A stretch of 62,692 bases of DNA, counting the filler, from Globobulimina sp. (lineage: Eukaryota), in the NCBI GenBank assembly GCA_003354225.1. It is 31 parts of 31 records of this genome, joined end to end, with 100 filler letters (N's around TTAATTAATTAA, not from the genome) between each part and the next. Parts side by side here need not be neighbours in the genome. Positions count along the whole stretch, not along the records: positions 46,597 to 48,521 come from PIVH01010535.1; positions 48,622 to 50,546 come from PIVH01010536.1; positions 50,647 to 52,571 come from PIVH01010537.1; positions 52,672 to 54,596 come from PIVH01010538.1; positions 54,697 to 56,620 come from PIVH01010539.1; positions 56,721 to 58,644 come from PIVH01010540.1; 25 more parts are not named here. The stretch is one strand, 5' to 3'. The notes beneath the pieces are model-generated. The model saw nothing but the letters and a program-made list of their open reading frames with translations. It was not told the DNA's origin and searched no databases. Position 1 is the stretch's first letter. Every line of letters starts with the position of its first letter. Of this stretch, positions 46,721-57,762 are shown one piece after another. Position numbers and translations under genes: made by a program.

Positions 46721-47804
46721 TCAATTGGCATCAAATACATTGGGAAATATTGTCAGTCCATTGACAGTGACCACTTCCATGCTCAATGTTATATAAAATG
46801 CATTGACTTTGCTTAACACATCAGATTCAAACAAAGGTTCCAAATATTCAAAGGTCACATTTTCTAAGAATGAGATTGTTCCTTCCCTTTGAATATTTTT
46901 ATAATTAGTTTTTAATATATATCTGACTGAAATTGTAGATATTTTTTCAGGTTTTTTATACAACGTTAATGCAATTTGAATTTTTTTGGTGTTGCTTAAT
47001 TTGTCATAGTCCATAGGTATTATCCATAGCCCCCAGTTATTATTATATTCATCAAATGTATCACTTAAAAACATTTGTTTGGTGCCTGCAGTTCTGAATT
47101 TTTTTATCATTATTTCATCAAAATCCCATTTAAAATTTAATTCTTTTTTCATTTTTATTGGTTTAAAATATGATAATGTGCCATCGCTATATTTGATGGA
47201 TAATATTTCAAAATAATAACTCAAATTTATACTTTGAAAATCCTCACATTTTAAGTACATAACATATTCGTAATAATGCCAATCATCGGAAGAAACAGCA
47301 ATATATGGCACCACATATCGAAAATGAGCATTGTTTTCAGCACAAAATACTTCGGAATAAATCGTGATTTTTTCAACTCCATTTGGTAAGAAAACATATA
47401 AATAAAATACTGTATCTTCATTTGTCTTATTTGGTTGCAAACTGCATTGCATTTTAACATCGTTTTCATAAAATATTTCTGTATATAACTGATTTTTTTT
47501 GTTATTATCTTTATCACAACGTGGCAAATTATAATATGGCTCTAATTCATTTACATCAACATTCCAATGTTGCACTTCATCGTAATATCTCAAACATATA
47601 TGCACTACATCTTGCGGCACAATATGAAAGGTACAATTTCGTACAAACCCATCTAGCAATAATTGCTTTAATAGCCATGATTCTGGTAATACTTGAAAGT
47701 ACAGTCCTATTTTATAGAATTAAGTTAACAATGACAGTCGATGACAGACAAAGCAACGTTAACATACTTCCAGGCGGTGCATTTTCTCGGGAGTCTTCTG
47801 CCAT
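46721..47804 (-). CDS. GFxR-motif protein with tandem MATH/TRAF-like domains (intron 47707..47767)
   Basis: MAEDSRENAPPG-R|LYFQV..LLLDGFVRNCTFHIVPQDVVHICLRYY; FKWDFD..MFLSDTFD..WGLWIIP..IQIALTL (MATH-like). Confidence 0.7.
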
Positions 47805-47840
47805 TGTTTAAATAGATCTTTTTGCTACTCTGACAATTAA

Positions 47841-48521
47841 ATGACCTCTAAACGAGAAGAAAAGTCCCCTCCAGGAAGTTGGTGTTGTTTATATTTATAT
47901 GTATTGTATTGTTCAAAATAAAAAGAAATTATATCTATATGTTGAGCAGGATTGCATTATCAAGTGACGCCTCAATCGGTGCAATTAAAACAATTATTGG
48001 TTGCTGGTTTTGTGAAAAATACTGCTCAATGTCTTGTACCATCAGATATCACAAGAATATGTGCTAAATTCTATGATGAAGTGATGTATTGGAATTTGGA
48101 TCGCAATGAATTGGAAAAATATTATAAATCAAACGAAATATTTACTGAAATATTTGAGATGAATGACATCAAATTGAAATGCAGCTTTTATTTGCATGGA
48201 TTTTTGCCCAAAGGGGTTGAAAAAGTAAGCATTTATTCAGAAGTATTCTGCACAGAGAATGAAGCACATTTTAGGTATGTTGCAACTTTAAAAAAGCTAC
48301 CTCCATTATTTCAAAATGACGCGTGGCTCCGAGAAGAATATGTTATGTATTTGAAATGTGAACAATTTCAATGCATTAATTTAGCTGTTTATTTTCAGAT
48401 TTTGTCCGTGAAATATACGACGCAGAAAACAGTGCATTTAATTTTAAACCAGTATTCATGAGCGGCAAAATATGTTTCACCTGGAATCTGAACGATGTCA
48501 TGATTAAACAATTGAGAAATG
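47841..48521 (+). pseudogene. Head-to-head paralog of the previous gene (intron 47878..47949), frameshifted near 48415, 3'-partial
   Basis: Same intron position (PPG-R|); shared YSEVFCxENxAHFRYV and EYVMYLKCE; homology continues in another frame (FNFKPVFMSGKICFTWNLNDVMIKQLR). Confidence 0.7.
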
Positions 48522-48798
48522 NNNNNNNNNNNNNNNNNNNNNNNNNNNNNNNNNNNNNNNNNNNNTTAATTAATTAANNNNNNNNNNNNNNNNNNNNNNN
48601 NNNNNNNNNNNNNNNNNNNNNTCGATAAGTGATTCAATTATCTGAGAAACGCTTTGCAAATCCAGAACAAATTTATAATTGAACCAAATGTATATATCGT
48701 TAAGTCCGAAATAATTACGTAATTTAAACCACAATACGTTTTGTTTTATATTTATTCATAACAATTTAATTTATATTTATTGTCCTAAAATTGGTAAA

Positions 48799-49863
48799 TT
48801 ACAACTTGGATCGTTTGTGTATGTCATGTTTTTTAAAGTGCTGTAATATCCAATCAGATGCTTTTGAGCATGCAACCAACGATTCCGGATAGAAATTAAC
48901 AATGGATGGTCCTACATGTAACATATATGGACTTATATCACATCTCACATCAACACCTGCAGTAAAAGCCTTTTCTGCACATTTCAGTGTATCATCCAAC
49001 AAAAGTTCCTCTGTTCCCGCAGTAAAATACATTGAACATAGACCATCAAATTTGCCATACATTGGCGAATATATTTCATTTTTTTTGTTATTGTAGCCAA
49101 TTGCATTCAACTCACCGTCTTTATTACCAACACTCCAATCTGCCAAATGATGCAATCTGGGATAACCCATCATCGCCTCACTTGTTTCATTTTCAACATT
49201 TGATTTGTTATCATTTGCTAAATTTGTCCACGGCGAGTTTAACCACACACAACTTGGTTGAGGCAAATCTCTATATTTACTCTCTCCATATTTCATGGAT
49301 TGCAATGCCAATAATATCATCCCACCACCAGCTGAATCACCAGTCATTGCAATTTTATTTGCAGAAACATCTAACACATTCAATAAATATTGATATAAAA
49401 GAATTAATTCATTCACAGCATATGGGAGTACATATTCCGGCGCTAATTTATAATCCAATAAAAAGATAATACATCCTGTAAGTTTTGATAATATCTCTGC
49501 AAAACCAAAATGTACATTACTTGCAAAAAGACAGTACCCTCCACCATGACATTCAATTATCGCACCATTACTTATATTTGATCCATTATATGCGACTCTA
49601 TGTACTTTAATGGGTTCATTGCCCTCAAACGGAATTGTAAAAGAAGATAGTTGACAATTTTGTGGGTTCTTCATGGAACCAGATTCGTGTAACTTCCTAT
49701 CTTCACACTCTCTACGAACATCATATAGACTTTTTTTCTTTTGCCAATCAGGTTTTGTTGAAACAAATCCTTTCACAAATTGTAGGTACTCGTCTGATGG
49801 CTTTGTTGCTGGTAAATAAGTAATATATGGTTTAAGTTCCATGCTCAACCACTCAAGTTTCAC
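48799..49863 (-). CDS. Alpha/beta hydrolase, hormone-sensitive lipase (family IV esterase) type
   Basis: HGGGY, DYKLAPEY, GDSAGG, SPW, ELLLDD, MLHV; ends in SKL (PTS1). The start may be the ATG at 49842. Confidence 0.93.
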   Translation of the reverse strand: MKLEWLSMELKPYITYLPATKPSDEYLQFVKGFVSTKPDWQKKKSLYDVRRECEDRKLHESGSMKNPQNCQLSSFTIPFEGNEPIKVHRVAYNGSNISNGAIIECHGGGYCLFASNVHFGFAEILSKLTGCIIFLLDYKLAPEYVLPYAVNELILLYQYLLNVLDVSANKIAMTGDSAGGGMILLALQSMKYGESKYRDLPQPSCVWLNSPWTNLANDNKSNVENETSEAMMGYPRLHHLADWSVGNKDGELNAIGYNNKKNEIYSPMYGKFDGLCSMYFTAGTEELLLDDTLKCAEKAFTAGVDVRCDISPYMLHVGPSIVNFYPESLVACSKASDWILQHFKKHDIHKRSKL

Positions 49864-49911
49864 ATTATCCTCACACTACGCACAAAACAATTTGGAAACA
49901 AACACTTTTAT

Positions 49912-50546
49912 TTATTTGCGACGATATAGAAAAATAGCAAATATAACAAGCATAAATGGTGCGGCACATTGAATTACAATTTTTTTCATCAAAACTTTGA
50001 CAGAATTAATAATCCATTGTTGTTGCCATTTTTTAAATTCATTCATAGTATTAATATGCGGAAATGTTTTATTTTTTGGTATTGGCTTATTTAAGAATTT
50101 ACATAATGGCTCCCATCCATCTTTCACATCAAATAGCAATAATTGTTGGGGAGGAACTTTTTTTTTAATAAATGCCAGCGGTACGTCATAATATTTTTTT
50201 TTGCAGTGTTGTTTATTGCTAACATTCAAATATTGTTTGCAATCATAATAATTTAAATAATATTGTCTTGCGGTTGACATATTGGAATCAAATAACGACA
50301 GGAATCTGACCCTATAATCACTATACAAAACTTTTATTATTTGCATATTACTTTTATACCATCCATCGAAATCACGTACATTTACAATAACTTTTGCATT
50401 TGGATATTGATCAAATATTTTATGCCAATAAAAGACCACTGGTGTATCCATAATGACATTACATTTAATAATTTGCAACCATTCATCAAAACTTACATGA
50501 GCATTCATCTTTAATTTATCCAAAATGTCATTTTTAACCCACCATT
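49912..50546 (-). CDS. Sulfotransferase-family (Sulfotransfer_4-like) protein with C-terminal TM, 5'-partial
   Basis: DTPVVFYW..YPNAKVIVNVRDFDGWYKS; VPPQQLLLFDVKDGWEPLCKFLNKPIP..FPHIN. Confidence 0.88.
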
Positions 50547-50800
50547 NNNNNNNNNNNNNNNNNNNNNNNNNNNNNNNNNNNNNNNNNNNNTTAATTAATT
50601 AANNNNNNNNNNNNNNNNNNNNNNNNNNNNNNNNNNNNNNNNNNNNCAGAGCAGAAGTATAAATAGGAATAAGTATATAAACTCCGCATTAATTACACAA
50701 AAAAAAATCCACTAAATCCCACATTTCTAATTCAAGAAAAAATCCACTAAATCAAAACCATTAAATCCCACAGTTAAGAATAATAAACAAATAATTAGCA

Positions 50801-51043
50801 ATGAAAAAAAGCATAACATTAATTATTTTGTTGTTTATTGGTGTTAACGTTGCAATGAGCTCGTACAAGTCAACTGAGTCAAGGGACCAGTCAAGTCCAG
50901 AAACATTACACCGATTCAAAGACAGAGCAATTTCTGGTAATGTATTGGCTGATCTTAACAATGAGGCAAGAGAATACTTCAGAGAGAGAGACTTATTTGA
51001 CAGGGTCATGAAGCAAATACTCCGCCGAGAAAGCAAAGATTGA
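50801..51043 (+). CDS. Small secreted peptide (80 aa)
   Basis: Signal peptide MKKSITLIILLFIGVNVAMS followed by a charged helical segment. Confidence 0.5.
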   Translation: MKKSITLIILLFIGVNVAMSSYKSTESRDQSSPETLHRFKDRAISGNVLADLNNEAREYFRERDLFDRVMKQILRRESKD

Positions 51044-51413
51044 ACAAAGATTTTAATTTGCGTGTTTAAATAGTACTAAATACATTAATTATTATAACAT
51101 TGTAAAGTTGGTTTTATGATGCCATTTTTTAATAATATTTAAATTAAAATGTTAAGTTTACCAACAACCAAAAACATATCGATGTAACATCTCACCAGTT
51201 CAGTTCTTGCAAAACAACCTCCTTTCTTCACCAATCAGAACACCACTTTCAATGCCTTTTTTCAATGCTCTTCTTAATGTCGCATTCGGATATTAAACGT
51301 ATGCAAAAGAGAAAAAAGCCATAATTCAGCTTATGGATTTGTTTGGGAATTTGCTGAAGCCTAAATAAATTGTTTTTGTGTCACTTCAAAATCGCGTTTT
51401 TTGAGAAAGGACC

Positions 51414-52364
51414 ATGTCAAACACTGTTCGTTTCAGAGTACGTGCACCAAATGGTTCACAAAAAGTACTCGATCCATTGCCATCATCCAGTACAATGGAA
51501 GAGTTACAAATAGCAATTATTAAAAAATTAGGATTAACAAATGTAAAACCAGCATGCATTCAAATAAAATACATATTTCCGCCAGCACAAATTATCTCAA
51601 ATATACAGAGTAATACAACATTATCATCAATAAAATTAAGCTCTGGCAATCTTATTATTTCTATCCTTGACACGCCACCAATAATTGCGCAAGCACAGAA
51701 GGAGAAAAAAGAAGAGAAGAAACAGTATAATAATAATATTAATGATGAAGCATATGATGGTACAATGGTTATACATGAAATTGAATCGGATAATTCATGT
51801 TTATTCAATGCAGTTTTATTTGTGGCAGAAGAAGGTGTAATAAATAAAGCAAAAGGAACAGAATTACGTGAGATTATCGCGTCCATCGTAATGAGTGATC
51901 CAATAAAATATAACAAGGCAATTTTAGGTAAGCCTACGAATGAATATATTTCGTATATAATGGATACAAATCATTGGGGCGGCAGTATTGAACTATCCGT
52001 CTTATCCTCTTATTATGAAATACAAATCAATGCCATTGATGTGGTCACATTAAATATGCATCGATTTGGTGAGAATAATAGCTTCAAACAATGTGTTTAT
52101 ATTATTTATGATGGCATACATTATGATGCATTGGTAATGAAATGTGAAAACAATAAAATTATTCATAAATTTGCAACCTCAAACGATTCTGTTTTAGCGC
52201 AATCATTAAGTATCGCGGCAGAAAGAAACTCACAAAAGAAATTCACGGATGTGTATAATTTTGGGTTATTGTGTAACGTTTGCAATACCAAATTAAAGGG
52301 ACAAAAGGAGGCACAAAAACATGCGGAAATTACTGGACATGCTCAATTTAGTCAATATCAATAA
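51414..52364 (+). CDS. OTU1: OTU1/YOD1 deubiquitinase (UBX-like + OTU + C2H2 ZnF)
   Basis: RFRVRAPNG; SDNSCLFNAV (catalytic Cys), WGGSIEL, YDGIHYDAL (His), CNVCNTKLKGQKEAQKHAEITGH. Confidence 0.95.
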   Translation: MSNTVRFRVRAPNGSQKVLDPLPSSSTMEELQIAIIKKLGLTNVKPACIQIKYIFPPAQIISNIQSNTTLSSIKLSSGNLIISILDTPPIIAQAQKEKKEEKKQYNNNINDEAYDGTMVIHEIESDNSCLFNAVLFVAEEGVINKAKGTELREIIASIVMSDPIKYNKAILGKPTNEYISYIMDTNHWGGSIELSVLSSYYEIQINAIDVVTLNMHRFGENNSFKQCVYIIYDGIHYDALVMKCENNKIIHKFATSNDSVLAQSLSIAAERNSQKKFTDVYNFGLLCNVCNTKLKGQKEAQKHAEITGHAQFSQYQ

Positions 52365-52671
52365 ACTTCATTTGTTGAACAAAACAGATTGATCTTTTTT
52401 TTGCCCTTCAGAAAACATCCGATATATCCGTCACCAAACAACACCACAATGTGTTTTCATATGTTTTAGAAATAGCAAAAAACCGACGAGGTAATTGTAA
52501 CGACAGTATTTGTTCGTAATACTATGCATTGAAACTCATCGCTGACTTAAATCAACGAACAATACATAATANNNNNNNNNNNNNNNNNNNNNNNNNNNNN
52601 NNNNNNNNNNNNNNNTTAATTAATTAANNNNNNNNNNNNNNNNNNNNNNNNNNNNNNNNNNNNNNNNNNNN

Positions 52672-54596
52672 AAATTTCAGAAAAAACGGCTTCTTATTGA
52701 TCGAGTTATAGACAAAAATCCATTGATGACGTCACTTCCGGTCGGTTTTCGAAAAAACTAATTGCAACAATTTTAGAGATCAAATACGGTCAATTCACTT
52801 CACCTAATGAGCAATCGATTTCAACTGGAAAAATCTGAAATTGGTTGAGATTGATCGAGTTATAGACAAAAAATCAACGATGACGTCACTTCCGGTCATA
52901 ACCACGAAAAATGTGCATTGGCCGATCTCAACCATATTACGGCCTTGCGCTGTCGCGCAAGCCATGATGTATGTATGTATGTATGTACCTAGAACGCGAA
53001 TGGTAATTATTATGCGGTGCTAGGCTCTAAATTGCTTCATGCTTCAAACATGTTCAGAAGTTGCTTCAACCCAATGCACCACGTAATTGCCTCAAACATT
53101 GGTCGATAACTTCAGGCCTTTTGAAGCAAGTGCATGCCAATTATCGTCATTTTGTTTCCATGTAACACATGGGCGTTGAACAGTTCTGTTATAGTTCCAA
53201 ATATGGATTATGTTTATAACCAGACTTAATTATTACAGGAGTGCTAAAATCTAATGTTAGTAGATATGTTCATGGTCACTACATGAGGCTGCTAAACAAC
53301 AAGGATGTATCCTCACTTCAAATGTTTCTTAATTTGAAGCAATCTCTTCACCAATACTGTCAAGAACAAGGCAACTTGCAGGTACATTAAGGGGACTTAA
53401 CACCTGCTGACCTCACACACATTCATTTATCCACTTTCCTGTTGTGTGTTGAGATGAGGACAACCCAATATAATTAGGGCTGGACCAATATAGGCCCGAA
53501 TAGGACGTTGGTCATCGATTTAGCAGCAACAATAATATTATTATTATTATATATTATCACACCTTCACCCCTCTAATTAATGGTTTGTGCCTGTGGTAAA
53601 TAATTTTGTTGTACAATTTCAGGGTGGTTGGTTCATGAAGGAACAAATTACACAGGTACGTTAATTATTTATTTTAATTTATTATTTTTTTATTTAATTT
53701 TATACGTGTCCGCCGTCGCAGAATGTGGGGACCCTTTAAGCCGTTTAAACAGTCTATCGTGTATCGTGAATTATATACACATATTCTATGTCTATTTACG
53801 AATAAGGCGCTATTTTTTGAGCCCAAAAAATGGTTTTTTGGCCGTTTTTCGCTCATAGACACTATAGTGTCAAAATTGACATTTTGGCGAAATTTTCCTG
53901 TGTGCTTATTTTTAATTTCGGTCAACTATTTGGTATTCTGCCATGTACTAAAACCTATTGGGTATACGAACGTACGTATACCCAATACTCAATGTGCCAT
54001 GTACTGTTATACAAGCCTTAGTCTGGTCTGCTTCTTGAGATCTCTCTGAGGTGTATAAGGTACAGTATGTCTGCAACAATGTCTGCAGGTACAGTATGTC
54101 TGCAAGGTATGTCCTGTCTAGGGTTCTGTCTGGTATTGTTCTAGTATGGTTCTAGTTTGTTTAGGTGGTCTGTTTTGTTTGAGGTCTGAGGTCTGGTCTG
54201 GTCCGTCCGTTTACGGTCTGTCTGGTCTGTTCTGTTTGATAATTAGGTCACTTCCGGTCGGTTTTGAAAAAAACTAAGAACAGATTTGGAATAATACACA
54301 CATAGTAAAATGGAGACACTAAACTTCTTTGGATCCCATATCTCGGGAAAGAATCGGCCGATCGAGCTAATTTTTTCTGTGGATAGTGTCATTGGTTGTG
54401 CAAAGTGTCAAGTAGATCAGGTTAGTGGTTCCTGAGATACGGGATATGCGACCTCTAATTATTGCGCACACACGGTTCTCTGTCATATAGATGTGCTCTG
54501 CTCTCCGGCGCCGACCCACATATGTGGGCTCGCGCTTCTGCGCTCACCACGATATGATTTAGTCTAAATAACATAGGCTCATTAAGTCTAAAAATC
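52672..54596. repeat. Non-coding contig with interspersed-repeat-like modules
   Basis: TTGATCGAGTTATAGACAAAAA x2 (about 52697, 52851); GTCACTTCCGGTC x3 (about 52731, 52886, 54247); GTCTG-rich simple repeat at 54020-54240; no credible ORF. Confidence 0.6.
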
Positions 54597-54696
54597 NNNN
54601 NNNNNNNNNNNNNNNNNNNNNNNNNNNNNNNNNNNNNNNNTTAATTAATTAANNNNNNNNNNNNNNNNNNNNNNNNNNNNNNNNNNNNNNNNNNNN

Positions 54697-55065
54697 TCCC
54701 ATAAGCTCCTCCTTTAAAATTGAAAAACTTATTTAAACAGAGTTCCTTTTTGGAGTCGTTATCAATCCAAATTCGATATTTTCGCCCCTGGTCTTCTTTG
54801 TGTTCGCCTGCGTCTCCACCTCCATAATGCCGCGACGAAATGCATCCCAAATCACGCAAATTCCAGGCCGAACCGTTTAGTTGTTCCAAACCGCTGCGGC
54901 TGGGCCGTTTACCATCCATCGCATCTATTATGTATGTACGTACTCATTTTATTTATCAATAATCAAATTCGTGCATACAAATCAACCTCTCGGAGAGATA
55001 TCGTCGTAGACATATGATGGCAGGGTCCGTCTAACTAAAAATAGAATGGTCGCTAACAATGCCAT
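54697..55065 (-). CDS. Hypothetical protein, 3'-partial (intron 54943..54986)
   Basis: MALLATILFLV...SPR-V|RTYIIDAMDGKR joined in frame by a 44-nt GT-AG intron. Confidence 0.45.
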
Positions 55066-55150
55066 TGTTGAGATGTATATTATATAGTAGATGAAGTAAA
55101 GGTTTTTAAATAACAATACTTTATTCTTACACCACTACGATTTGAACTGA

Positions 55151-56524
55151 TCAATTGCCCACAGTCAAATTCCATACTTGCGCAACTTGCGTATATGTAT
55201 CGTTTTTATTAACACTCCAACTAACCATTAACGACGAAGAATCTTTCCAATAATATCCACAATAATTGCCAATATAATTCGGTTTAAATTCGACAGCTAA
55301 AGTTGTCACATTTTCATTTTTATCGTTGCTTACAAGTTGTACCGAATATGATCCATTTTGCAGATCTATTAATTCATAAAAATATGCATTTAATTCCCAA
55401 CCATATTCAGATTCAATCATTGCAGAATTTGTTGATATTTCAACAAAAAACATTGACAATGAGACTAAAATAATGCCCTGTTCATAATTCCCGTCTATTT
55501 CATAAAACGCAAAGCTGTCTCCAATGCCAACATTGTTTGATTCGCTGTCAATAATAACACCACTTACTACTCCACCAAAATCATCGTCGGCAACGTAAGG
55601 AACCACATAACAGCAATTCCGATTCATTTCCATTACAATTGGCGGATATGTCTCTAAATATGGATTGCAAGAACCAGATGAACCGATCCTTGTGATATTG
55701 GTGGACCAAATACTAATTTGCTTTGAATTGTTATAATATCCACTCAATGCAAGCAAATCTATAACAGTATTGCCTATATTTTGAGTAAACAGCACCAAAA
55801 ATGAATTGATTACATCTGTTACACCGTCAATACTGAAATTTGAAACAATTACTGTTGGACCATTGCCGTAATCATATTTCATTGTCTTTGGTTTCTTTGA
55901 AATGCCATCCCATTGCCATTGATAAAAGAATCTATTTTTTTCAATATAGCTGCCCGTGGCTGATAACATCGTATATCGCATTTCATTGTATTCAGCTCCT
56001 TGATACAGCAAAAAAAATGTGCCATCATTAAAACAAGAGACACTCACTCCATTAATGCAAGAATTATATTGGTCACATCCAACAGGAATATTTGATGTCC
56101 ATTTAGTGAGTGCATTGATGAAAATTGAACAAACATTGTAATGACATTGGATAATATTTAATGAATATGGCGCAGTGCATACCGATGTTGGATGTGAAAT
56201 ATTTGCGATTGAAAACGGCAAACTTTGAGATAATTGTTTGTTATTCACACTGTTATATTGATCAAGATTATTGTCATAGATATCAGATAAGATGTCGTTT
56301 GCAGCAGATGTGATATAATAATATTGATCAGCAGAATATGGGTCGATATAATCTGATATTCCACAAAATGTTGAATACTGACTACTGTAATTTCCTTGCT
56401 TCGTCAACTGCGGTAACGATTTGTCACTTGTAGTATTTTCCAATTTAATTGTTGCACTCGAAGCGCAACACATGATTGTGATGAATGTGCTCACTGCAAT
56501 TATAATGTTGCTTGACATGTTCAT
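55151..56524 (-). CDS. Secreted hypothetical glycoprotein
   Basis: Signal peptide, many NxS/T sites, beta-rich composition; 457 aa. Confidence 0.65.
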   Translation of the reverse strand: MNMSSNIIIAVSTFITIMCCASSATIKLENTTSDKSLPQLTKQGNYSSQYSTFCGISDYIDPYSADQYYYITSAANDILSDIYDNNLDQYNSVNNKQLSQSLPFSIANISHPTSVCTAPYSLNIIQCHYNVCSIFINALTKWTSNIPVGCDQYNSCINGVSVSCFNDGTFFLLYQGAEYNEMRYTMLSATGSYIEKNRFFYQWQWDGISKKPKTMKYDYGNGPTVIVSNFSIDGVTDVINSFLVLFTQNIGNTVIDLLALSGYYNNSKQISIWSTNITRIGSSGSCNPYLETYPPIVMEMNRNCCYVVPYVADDDFGGVVSGVIIDSESNNVGIGDSFAFYEIDGNYEQGIILVSLSMFFVEISTNSAMIESEYGWELNAYFYELIDLQNGSYSVQLVSNDKNENVTTLAVEFKPNYIGNYCGYYWKDSSSLMVSWSVNKNDTYTQVAQVWNLTVGN

Positions 56525-56736
56525 TTTTTCCTTAAAACTTTTAATTTTTACAATTGTTGCTTGTCAACAATGTCTTTTAATTAATTCCATCATACAAAAA
56601 ATCAACAATGTAAGTTGCGANNNNNNNNNNNNNNNNNNNNNNNNNNNNNNNNNNNNNNNNNNNNTTAATTAATTAANNNNNNNNNNNNNNNNNNNNNNNN
56701 NNNNNNNNNNNNNNNNNNNNTTCTCAAACAAAAAAG

Positions 56737-57700
56737 TTATATTTGAAATTTCATATACAAAAAAAAAATTATTCTGTACAACTTGTTGTTATAAAAACTG
56801 AAAATGTAATAATTCGAATTCATAACTCCGTTATTCTGAGACATTGGAGCATTATCAATCAAAATGTTTATAATTTGGAGTATTATCCAATGCATATTGG
56901 CGCGTTTCTTGTTTACGTGTTTCATTTCGTTCCTGTTTGAATTATTTGATAAACACATCAACTCCCAACGATGTTTCATTAGTACAAAGTCGTCATCGTC
57001 GTACAGCTCCATAGCCACTTCTTCCTTCATTATCTTATCAAAAAACATGGGCAATTGGTCCGTAGTACGCAATAACACCCAATTCAACAATCCTTCATTT
57101 CGTAGGCTTCATCTCCGATGGCATAGCGGTGCGGCACTCCACCACTCATTGTAACGTTGGTGACATTGCCTGCCGAGCGGGAGTTGCTGGTGTTGGATAT
57201 CGACGTATTGGTGCCAAGGTTGACGTTGTCACTGCTGGAATATCCATCGTTTTTATGATGCCGCGAGTTGTATCGCTGTAATTGGTCGTAGATACTGGGT
57301 GGGCCATCGGGTGGCGATGGGTCTATGTTGATAATGGCAGGGTGGCGGACTACGTATAGTAACTCGCGTAGTTGATCGCGTATATATTGGTCCGAATGGA
57401 GGTACCATAACAGGATATAGCCTTCGATTAATATACGAATATGCGGCCACATTTCCCTCAGAGACAAGGCGTTGCGGACACGGTAAAATTCCTGGTTGAA
57501 GTGATGCGGATGCATTGCAGCGCACTCTCGTAATTATAATCCATTTATAACCATATCCATCGGATTTATTTGGACATTGGTTCCAACTGACCCACATAAT
57601 GCCTGCTTTAATTGATGTCTGACCTGAACGCGAACGTTGTTTCGACGGAAACAACGAACGCATGGTCCGACTGTCTGTATTACAGTGGTTGTGCAAAGAA
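56737..57700 (-). pseudogene. Disrupted hypothetical gene (in-frame TAA at 57534..57536, frame change near 57085)
   Basis: ORFs ending at 57534 and starting at 57515 are in the same frame (VINGL*LRECAAMHP); the next ORF overlaps in another frame. Confidence 0.4.
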
Positions 57701-57762
57701 AATAAAACATCAACAACATCAAAGTTTTGCGTAATCTTTTTTGCCGCCCCAGCTTAGCCTTG

